Shown piece after piece: positions 1 through 10,500 of a stretch of 64,000 bases of DNA. Source of the DNA: Dimorphilus gyrociliatus (taxonomy: Eukaryota; Animalia; Annelida); assembly GCA_904063045.1 (NCBI GenBank), contig CAJFCJ010000019.1, positions 310,001 through 374,000 of the forward strand, read 5' to 3'. Positions within the stretch are counted from its first letter, which is position 1; each line of letters begins with the position of its first letter. The notes beneath the pieces were generated by a model, which ran no database searches, had not been told where the DNA came from, and worked only from the letters and a program-made list of their open reading frames with translations. A program made the translations under genes and the position numbers.

Positions 1-91
1 TTTAAACAAATTAGTTGCGTCTATTGGCAACTTAATGCTCATTTCAATGATGCCATTCAAAAATAGACAGATCATTTTTGTTTTTAAACAG

Positions 92-232
92 CTAGCCGAA
101 GAATGTTTCTTGGATGCCGTTAAAGTAATTCTGGGGGATCGTTACACAGATAACATGCAAATCATCTATCAAGTCGCAATCAAGTTTATTATCCAAAACC
201 TCAAGAACGGTTATAAGTCAGGATCTCAATGA
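92..232 (+). CDS. Globin, last coding exon (G/H helices); probably globin X-like/neural globin clade; gene begins left of the window
   Basis: Acceptor ttttaaacag| at 91, then LAEECFLDAVKVILGDRYTDNMQIIYQVAIKFIIQNLKNGY, a typical globin G-H helix pattern. Confidence 0.7.
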   Translation, partial: LAEECFLDAVKVILGDRYTDNMQIIYQVAIKFIIQNLKNGYKSGSQ

Positions 233-753
233 GTTCTTCCATTCTCTCTAATTTTGTTTTGCACAATTCTAAGAAGGAGAGAAACATTAGATGAATATAT
301 ATAAAGCGAGTTAATGTTGTTTTCCATAGAATCTGAACAGAATTCCCTTCAAATTGGAAATATTGCACAAACTTGTAACTTAATAATTTATTTCTTTATT
401 TTTTAGTCAAATAAGTAATAAACGTCAAGGTGTTCTTTGAAAGGGTTTTTAACTTTCATTTACTCTAGATGACGCCACAAAAACATCAGATGGCGTTACT
501 GTTCTTTTAATTATATAGCGTCAGACAGAGAGGATAGAATAAGCGAACAAAACAAGTCCGCAGTCGGTTTTTAACCGACCGATCTCGCTCCACAGGTAAT
601 TTTTCAGCTTAAATTTTTTTTTCACCTTCTATCAAATTAATTAAACGGCTGCGCAACCGATAGAATAATTTAGTCGACTGATAAACCATCCGTCTAGACA
701 CAGTCTGACTACAGAAAAGCCAAAGCGTCGGTCGATAGACGCCTAATGCGGGT

Positions 754-767
754 CGGTCACGTGACCG
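754..767. promoter_or_regulatory. 14-bp perfect palindrome CGGTCACGTGACCG (E-box/CLEAR-type) upstream of RasGRP
   Basis: Read directly from the sequence; lies in a GC-rich island at 421-900. Confidence 0.5.
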
Positions 768-1411
768 TTGCTGTATCGGTATTTTTCGTTTTTTTTTTCA
801 TCCTCTCCATCCTCCATTTCTCTTTCTGTTAACAAGAAGAGACAACCAAGGGCATCTAATAACGTTCGTACATAATCATGCTAATGCAACACAATTAGAG
901 ACGCAAATTTTTTCTTTTTCACTCCTTATTGCTCCTTTACGTTCTATAAATAAATTGGCTTTTATTATCAAGTATGAAGAAATTATATGCAGTACGTATA
1001 TATAAATTTATATATATATATATAGTATAATTTAACACGTCTAAGTGGATTAAGGATATATATATACTGTATATACTTGATATTCTAGTATTCTATGCAG
1101 TATATATATATATATATGTATATATAAATATGTATGTATACTGCATAATATGCATAGTAAATATTATTATATACTACAATGCCTGTTTTGTTAGTCGCTA
1201 CCCTTGGAGTTAATGCTTACAAATGTTAAATCTTATGCTTATTACAACTGATTTATATAGAGTGGATAATTTTGGTTCCCTTTTCACAAGCCTCAATACT
1301 CGCAGCTTGTCATCGCTTCGTGTTTTCTGCGTTTGGCTTCGTTCGTTAATCAGATCGCGACCGATTTTTTTTTCGGCTTCCTCTAAACTTAATTATTCTT
1401 TTTCGATTAGA

Positions 1412-3259
1412 ATGGCTCCGACTGGTCGAACAATTAGTATGTGTCTTATCTAGCTTAATTATACAACAGTACTCTACAAACAGCCGATAAGCTTTGACTC
1501 AGAGACGCGGGAAGAAAAAGAGAAAACGTACGCTTTTAACGAGCTTAAAGAGAATTAAGCGTTTATTTTTAGACGCCTCTTGTTTGTCGCCTTGTTTGTA
1601 TGACGTCAAGGTGTATGAGCGCGGTTTTCTTTTGTTCGTCCGAGATCGATTAACGTCGATTTACTGATCATATATAGTAGGTTTTTTTTTTCAGGTGTTT
1701 GTTTGTAGAGAAGAGAGCGAGCATGAGTTTTTGTATACGAGCAGATTAATGAGAAAAGAACAAGTATGCAAGCGGAGAGCGGCGGTAACGCTACTCCTAC
1801 GAACATAATAACTCCAGGTAAACATTTGTAGTAGGTAGTTTAACTTCCTTTTTGATTTCTTTTTTCTTATTCCTAAGCAGAAGCAGGGGCCCATGGTTCT
1901 AGTCCAAAGAGAGGCGGAAGTGTTAGTGGGACCTCGGATTCAGGTCGAGGAACCCCAGTTCGCCACGTCCTACAGCATGGTGTCTCGTTTGTGGAGGAGG
2001 AAAAGCCGCTGGTACCCGGCATCCCCGTTAGAGCTGGTTCTCTTCATACTCTAGTCGTTTTAGCCGCCCATTGTTTTGATGAAAAAGAAGGAGAAGTAAT
2101 AACTGATAAAAGGGAATTTCCACGAGTCCTGCTACTAGTTCATGAGTGGTTCATTACACCCAAGGAGTTAGTGGACGAAATCATCGATTTATATAGAGAC
2201 TGTGAAAGTAAAATTTCATGTTCAGTCGTCAACTGCGATCATTCGCCTAACAGCGGTCAGTGCACGAGGCAGCAACTCAAGCGGAAATTATGCTTGTTCG
2301 TTCGATTTTGGATCGACGAGTTTGCTGAACATTTCCACGCCAATGAGAAATTACTAGTAGATTTCCAAAGGCTAGTAGCCGAAGAGGGTCAACCTGATTT
2401 ACTAAGTTTGGTTGACACATCCTCAATGCCTAGTTACGACTGGATTCGCAGTATTTCTGTTAGGGCACCATGCAGAGGCCGGAAGGTCTCATTAGTCTTT
2501 ACTAATATTAACCCTTATGAACTAGCTGAGCAACTAACTTATATTGAATATAAAGAATTTAGGAGGATATCAGTTTTCGACTTTAAACTTTATGCCCAAA
2601 CGACAAGCCTTAAGAATAATCCAAAGTTGGAACGTTCAATTGCCCTTTTTAATGGTCTCTGCCAATGGATACAGTGTATGGTACTAAGTAAAACAACTCC
2701 TCAAGAGAGGTCTGACGTAATAGTTAAATTCGCCAATGTAGCTCAAAGATTGAGGCAACTGCAGAATTATAATACCTTAATGGCTATAGTTGGTGGTTTA
2801 ACTCACAGCGCTTTAGCAAGACTCAATAAGACCAATTCATGCATTCCACCCGAAATTCATAAGCTTTTAGCCGAATATACTGAATTACTTTCTTCCAATA
2901 ATAACTTTAGCAACTATAGGAAAGCCCTGGCTCAAAGTACGGGATTTTATATACCCATACTGTAAGTAGAACTCTTTTATGCATATCTTGCCTTTAACTG
3001 GCTTTTTGTCTGTATCGGTCTCCCCAAGTATGACGTCAAAGTTTCTATAATTGGAACATAATTATAAAAGCGTTGCTAGAATCGAAACACTTTACGAAAT
3101 GCGAATACGTGAATAATTCACATTTTATACGCTCCTTAACGAATTTCGCGCAGTATATATTATACAGTACGGTATATAATACTGAATATACTAAATATAC
3201 ATAAAGTACAAACATATAATATAGAAAGATGTAGTTCTATACTGAAAGTTATATAAAAA

Positions 3260-3304
<45 letters not shown>

Positions 3305-3515
3305 AAGGAATAATACTATATATACTGTATATCGACTCTATGTATTATATTCTTTCATGAATATTGCATGAGTATATACAGTCTAAGCATACAGTATGTG
3401 GACATATATACATGCATAAATTTATATCAATTTTTATATGCTTATCTTTATAAACTGTGCGCTAAACATATTTACCAATGTATTCAGTAAATATGAATAA
3501 ACATATATATGTATA

Positions 3516-3555
<40 letters not shown>

Positions 3556-5315
3556 AATATACACTTACTTACATGTAGTATCTTACGTCCTATAGTCTAT
3601 ATATATAATATATACTATATATTCATAATAATGTTTATATGTTCTTATGTGTATACTCAGATATATATATATATATTGATGTTTATCTTTACCTATCATA
3701 TATAGACGAAAGATTGCATGGAAAACAGTATACAAACAATCGCTTTATTACTATTTAGTACCATAGTTATAAACGCGCAGACACCAGGTATTTATTTAGT
3801 ATCTGAGAATAAAAGTAATATAGTCATCATAAGAAGTATGTGTTCTGCAAAGTAGATTATTAATAGACTTATGTTATGTAATATGACCCAGTATGTAGAA
3901 TGAGAAATGTTTTTATGCTTACATTCTAAAAAATCGATTCTTGGCAGGGGTGTTCATCTTAAGGATCTTATATTGCTGCATACAGCGTTACCGGATCGCG
4001 TAGAGGGCAGCACAGGGGCATCCATGATCAATTTCCGTAAAATGTCGCAATTGTCGCAAACATTCAATGTCCTCGTGCAAGTTCATAAAAATGCGGTTCC
4101 TGTAGAAGCAAATATGGACTTGATAAATACAATAAGATTATCTCTAGACCTGCATTATACTGAAGATGAAATTTATGAGTTGTCATTAGCCCGTGAACCC
4201 CGAAATTCTGTATCCTCGGTAAGTTAAACATAATTTTCCATCAATTACTTTTTTTCACCTTTCCGATAAAAGACGAACTTACGTGGTGAAAATAATAAAA
4301 AAACAGCCTTCCACACCCACTAAACCAGTCGTCTTTGCTGATTGGGTTGCCGGTGTTAGTCCCCCGAATCCTGAGACAATTAATAAGCACGTTCACGATA
4401 TGGTCGATGCCGTTTTTAAAAATTATGATCACGACAAAGATGGATTAATTTCCCAAGCGGAATTTGAAGCAATAGCAGGAAACTTTCCGTTCATCGACTC
4501 CTTTTGCGTTCTGGATGCTGATCAGTTAGTAGAGATTCATCTTTCCCTACTTCCTGTACAAGTATCATCTGTGTTATTGTTGTGCTTTCTTTTACAGAGA
4601 TGGATCTATTTCGAAAGAAGAAATGGAAACTTATTTCATTCGAGCCAATCGAAATGCCAGTGGAAATGCCTTAAGATCCAGTTTCAAGCATGACTTTCAT
4701 GAAAAAACCTATTTTCAACCTACTTTCTGTAGCCATTGCACCGGACTTGTAAGTCATTCGTAATTGTATCAAAGCGTATCAAAACGTTATTTATCATTAT
4801 ACTTATCCAAATAGTTATGGGGCCTAATAAAGCAGGGATGGAAATGTAAAGATTGCGGTCTAAATGCCCATAAACACTGCAAAGATTTAGTGGTAATGGA
4901 ATGTAGGAAAGGAATACACACTTCTAACAATACATTGCAACAACTTGCTCAACAACTAAAATCTCCGACTTCCACGTCGTCGCCAGCTAACTTAACCTTA
5001 GAAGCTAAAAGGAAAATGAGTATGCGACAAAAACGTACGACTTACACAAAAGGAACTCAGACTAATCCGGCCGATATTTGCCCCCTCTCATTAGACGTCC
5101 AATCTATACCCTACGCAGACGATTATTCGTTACAAAACGACGATGACGTTAATGATTTGGCTCAGGAGAATCGAAGTTTAAAAGCAAAGTGCCAGTGCCA
5201 ACAGGAAGAGATTCATATGCTTCAAAATCATATAGGTAACATAAGACAGCATACCATCTCATTTATACTCGATCAAATGGATACACTTCATATGCAAAGG
5301 GATTCTCAAGTTTAA
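1412..5315 (+). CDS. RASGRP: RAS guanyl-releasing protein (REM - CDC25 GEF - 2 EF-hands - C1 - coiled coil), multi-exon
   Basis: [42 protein letters not shown]; EF-hands [14 protein letters not shown] and [13 protein letters not shown] (spliced); C1 domain [42 protein letters not shown]. First coding exon MAPTGRTI (1412-1436) splices in phase to about 1878. Confidence 0.92.
3263..3300. repeat. (AT)19 microsatellite in the long RasGRP intron (more TA runs at about 1005-1125 and 3519-3551)
   Basis: Read directly. Confidence 0.95.
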
Positions 5316-5946
5316 AAACAAAAAAAAAAGATATATTTATTGACGCCTAAAAAAAAACATTGAAATAGCAAACGAACGATTAAATAAAGAAAAACAAAAA
5401 CAACACAAATGCCATCATCGACAAACTAGAATAAAAAATAAATATAAAAAAAATAGCAAAAAAAAACAAAGCAAAACAAAAAAAAAACAAGAAATAGAAA
5501 AGGGAAGATAAAAGAACAAAAGAAGAGAGGAAGAAAAAAAGATGTAAAATTTCTGAGAAAGAAATAAATTGAAGGCGGTAAATTAGTCTATTTTAAGATA
5601 AAGAAAAAACAAAATATATATATATATATATATATACAGTATATGCTAACTTTTTTGTTGTTGAAAAAATTAAGAAAATTGCAGTAGGTTATTAACAAAA
5701 TTACGGGAACTCTCTATTTTTTTTACCGTAAAAACGTCCATAAAGAAGGAAAAAAAGTAAACAGAAAAGATTATCTACATTTACGAAATTTGTTAATTGT
5801 TGTACAAGTAGATTGAGGATTTCGAAGATTCCAAAAAAAGAAAAAGAAAAGTGTTGATGTATCATGCAGATTATTCATATTTTAAATGTTTGTTAAAAAG
5901 GAAAAATATATACTAACACACACATTTTTTTTTCATTGACTTGCGT

Positions 5947-7050
5947 CTACTTGCGCTTTGAGAATAAGTCGATTAGCACACGTCTGTACTTGAAACTGGT
6001 AGTCCACATGACAATTGGATTGAGACAAGGAGTAAAGAACGTGAGAATCGTGAATACTGTATAAAGAACTTCGTCTGGTCTATTAAAAGCATTGTAATAC
6101 CAGATATAGGAATAAACGAAGAATATTAGCCACAGAACGTGGTGAGAATACGTTGCAATCGCGTGAGATGCGGCCAATTTAGCATCCTCTATCTTAAGAG
6201 GATAAATCCGACGTTTCTTATTTCGTCCTTTGTGTTGTTTGTAATCAGTTAAAGGTGTATTCTCATCTTCTGAAGTGCTTTCGTCTTTGAATAAGTTTTT
6301 CTTCCTTTCGTTATTTGAGACCTGACGTCGTGAGCTTATTTTATTTGCGTAGGTTACTACCGGAGCGCTTTTGTCCTCTTCAAGAACTCTGTTGGAGCTC
6401 TTTTTAATCCGTATTACCTTTATAGCAATATATATATATATAATTGATGTAACGGTAAACGGAATGGCATATGCCACGGCAAAGAAAAAGGTCAAATGTG
6501 ATCTTCCTTTATTCCAATCGGGTAAACATTGAACATTTTGCTCCTGAAAGCTAGAACCCGTCCAGAAAACAACACTCATCATTGCAATAACAGTATCAAA
6601 TATTAAAAGACCAGGTAATAATACGCAAATAACTTTTGCTGAAAAAATGTCTGCGTGCCTACTAGGCCAAGACAATTTCACTAAGCGTTCCACAGCCAAA
6701 CAAAAGTAAATATGCGAGGAGCTCGTAAAAACGAAACCAGATATAAAAGTCTCAAAGCTACAATAACCTGAACCGAGTTTCCAAGTCCAATTTGCGGCAG
6801 CAGATGAGGTCATTACTAACCATAAAAGTCCACCTATCAAATTTATTGAACAACTATATAGCATAAGCAAACAGTGACCAAATGTACTTTTTCGTTTGTT
6901 GGTCTCCTTTTCCTCCTTTTTAAAGGTCTTTATTAAGGCTTTTGCAACCGAAATAATAAGAATACTATTTAGAACAATAGCTGATATCCCAAAAAGGGCA
7001 ATGATAGCCGTATAAAAACCTCTAAGGGCTGAAGACGGCATATTTTTCAC
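5947..7050 (-). CDS. Orphan class A (rhodopsin-like) GPCR, single coding exon; likely ATG at 7041
   Basis: Seven hydrophobic segments; WKLGSGYC before TM3, LAVERL, CLPDW in ECL2, YAIPF in TM5, LNPIV in TM7. Confidence 0.88.
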   Translation of the reverse strand: MKNMPSSALRGFYTAIIALFGISAIVLNSILIISVAKALIKTFKKEEKETNKRKSTFGHCLLMLYSCSINLIGGLLWLVMTSSAAANWTWKLGSGYCSFETFISGFVFTSSSHIYFCLAVERLVKLSWPSRHADIFSAKVICVLLPGLLIFDTVIAMMSVVFWTGSSFQEQNVQCLPDWNKGRSHLTFFFAVAYAIPFTVTSIIYIYIAIKVIRIKKSSNRVLEEDKSAPVVTYANKISSRRQVSNNERKKNLFKDESTSEDENTPLTDYKQHKGRNKKRRIYPLKIEDAKLAASHAIATYSHHVLWLIFFVYSYIWYYNAFNRPDEVLYTVFTILTFFTPCLNPIVMWTTSFKYRRVLIDLFSKRK

Positions 7051-7542
7051 TTGCCTGAGGAATAAACAGAGGTATTAAGTCATTGATCCTGGTATCCTAG
7101 TAAACAAAAAACTATCTAAAACTTTCGTATATATACTAGGCGAGAGCTACAACAGGGGTGGTTACAAGATTAAAGTCGCACGTTCTATATCGATCGCTAG
7201 TCTTATATCATATTTAATTATAATTTCTTATCAAATCTAATAAATATTTAACAACAAAATTCCCAAGAATGATTTATTGACCTTATTTTTTCTTACAAAT
7301 CAAAAATTTAATAAGAAACCTGAAAAATTGAAACCAACTAGATAAGCCAATCGTTTCATTTAATATTATTCAACAATAAGCTTATCCCTTCGTTATTCAA
7401 CAGAAATATTTCTACTAATATTACAGTGTACAATTTCTGCCGGCTATTAAAATATTTAAATCTGTTCAATATCACAGCACTACGTTTTGGGAACAATGGT
7501 AAATTAACTGTCAATTGAATATTCTATGATGACGTCTGACTA

Positions 7543-10500
7543 CTATCCGACGTCACTGTCACTTTCTATGAAATCGTCTAAACTTAATTCAAGCTCTAAA
7601 CAAGGTTGTTCGTTTTCAAAAGGCATTTTGTCTCTATGGCAATTTGTATTATCTTCGTCGTCTATTGCTATTATGTCGTTGTCATCGTCTACTTCATTAT
7701 CTTCTTCCTCTTCCCTAATCGGTTTTGAAAATAGTCTATATTTTTTCCTATCTTCGTGAGCCTTCCTCGATCTCTTTAGAGTTTGAAATTTTTCCTGCAA
7801 GGCAGTTTTTTGCTTAGTTCTATCTCTTTTTGGCCTTCTTTTGGATAGTAATTGATCTTCGTCACTTGAACTTTTATCTTGTTCAATGAAATTCTCCAAG
7901 CTGCCGTCATCTGAAAACTCTAGATCACATATTTGTTTGTTAGTTGAGCTGAGTGATATATCTACAGAAATTTTAATTTAATACCATAGGTAGGCTCTTG
8001 ATCATCGGCAACGCAAAAGCTATTTTCTTCATAGTTCGTGACGTCCGGTTGAGGAATTTGAGAAAATACATCCATATCTGAATTCATTCCGTACGCCAGC
8101 TTATATCTGAAAGATATATATATATATGTTGTTGATAGATTACGTTACTGCAGAGTCAATAGGGGAGAATTTACAAACCGTTGATGGCCCATTCCTATCG
8201 GACTTCGCATATCTTTTAGATAAGCGGCATGTTGAGTTGCAGTAGGTAAATCAACGTCATTGTTGTCGATAAATGATTCTTGTAACAGTTCTAGAGCTGA
8301 GCCGTCGTCGCTCGATTCACCAGAGTCGGGTCCACTAACATCAGCTTCATCAGCAATGAATTCTCTTCCATTTGTTCGTTGCTGCTTTCGTGGTTCATAG
8401 TCCTTAAAATATAAAACAGATTGATTAATCCGACAGCAAGCAATTAAATTTTCATTACCCGGTAATTGAAAAGAATAATTTAAGTAAACAACTAACCTTT
8501 ATTTCTTCTTTACTATATTTTACTTTCGTCTTTTCGGAAGCCCTATTTTTCCGACAACGAAGCCAAGTAAGACCTTCAGAGTTATCGTCTGATTCGTCAC
8601 TTGAAAGTAAAGCTAATTTTCTACTTCTTTTCATTTTTCCCCTTTTGATTGCAGATTCCGGTGATTCTTGTGAACTGATAGGTAGCTTATTCCTTCGTTT
8701 CATACCAATATTACTTTCATCTGCTTCTTCGTTTTCATCCATATTGCTTTTAATCGCTTGTGATGAAATATAACCGCCCAGATCTCTAAATATCTCATTT
8801 TTCGCCATTTGAGTTGCCTGACGTGAGAAACAAAAACAAAATCAAATACGAGCGTCATATTTATTTACGTAACGAATTTTACCCCGATTTCATCATCATC
8901 ATTATCAATATCATTCTTATTAAATTGAATATGATCAGGTATTTTCTCTGATATAGGGGAAGTTTTAAACTTTCTCGTAATTGGGGCTACGATGGCTATT
9001 TTGGGTCGTTGCGGAGTCAAGAATTTATCATTATTTTCTATTTTTGACGGTGTTTTGAAAGTTCTATGTCTTATATTGTTGTTATATAATTTATCTGTTA
9101 ATTGTTTATCAGATTTATCTCCAATATCGTTATTTTCAGTAAGTTGACTTCCTTCGATTATTTCGTCGGTATCGAAAAGGCTATCCATATCTAGTGATAA
9201 TTCTAATGTTTGATTCTCTTTACGAAGTTCATTAGTAGAGCTAATTTCCTCTGTTCCAGATTTGCAACTAGTATTTGTGTCTTGAAAATTTAATTTTCTT
9301 AAAGCCTGGGATGCCGTATAAAATTTAGGAGTTTCACTTTTCGGCGTTTTTTTGGCTTCGCTAGATTTGACGAAAGGGGTGCTAGAATGTATGGGCGCTG
9401 GTGGCTTAAATATTAAATCATCTGTTTCATGATTCATTGTTAAAATTCTACCATCGCTTTTCATATTATCTATAAATTGATTTTCAATTTCAAAATAATC
9501 GTCATCATTGTCACTAGCAAAGAGATCGTGAGTAGAAGTGTTAAACTGTTCTATCTCCTTTCTAGGCGATTTAGGTGTTTCCAATCTAATTTCATCATCG
9601 TAAACAACTGGAGCTTCCGTTCGTGGTGTGGAGTCTTTATAATTTCTCAAAGCTGATTGGTTATCCCCAGGAATTCTATCTTTAAAAGATTTTTCCTGTG
9701 TTTTAATTATTTCTTCATCCGTGTCGGAAATCTCTTGGAAAATTTGTTTCATTTCATCATTTGATTTCTCATGAATATTGAATGGTTGTTTTACGTATTT
9801 GATACTGTCACAAAGAGCATTTTTATAAATATTATCATCGAATATATTTAACTGTAATGGGATTTTATCGTTATTAGATTTTTTAAATCGTATAACTGTT
9901 TGTGTTACATCTTCCAGCGTTAAATTTTCGAAATATTGTAAACCATAGGAAATTAAAGAAGGCACTTTTCCGCAATCTAATTTCTCTGAAGAAAAGCTAT
10001 AAGATACAGAAATTTCATTAATTGAATTATCTTGGTTGATATCCATAACTTCATTTGATCTATTATAATTCATAAACGGATAGTCTGCATCGTTATCATA
10101 ATTTTTAACTAAATTCTCTCTCTTAGAAGTTTCTGCTTGAATTAGAGTAGTACTAACTCTTCTTTTCATAAAAGAGCTCTCTTTCATCTTGTTCTCAATA
10201 TCTTGTACCTCTTCGTTTTCATCATCAATAATCCAATTACATTTTCTTTTTATTGGAATATCAATTTCACTATTTGATTTCCGTTTTTTTCCCTTCGCTG
10301 GAGACTCGTTGTTATTCAATAATATTTTACTTTTCCTATCAACAACGTCACCTTTCTGAAGATAAGGTAATAAATTCGCTTCGTAGGCATCATTATCTCC
10401 CTGAGTCATACCTATGAAACATGTTCATGTATATATATATGCTGACTATGCAAACCACATATTTGTTTAATCAATACATGAATTTTCAATTAAAATGAAA

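Noticed and set aside
3478-3705. YI-rich 75-aa ORF
   Set aside because: It is a translation of intronic TA microsatellites.
5947-7050. GPCR as an opsin
   Set aside because: The retinal-binding Lys position in TM7 is Phe.
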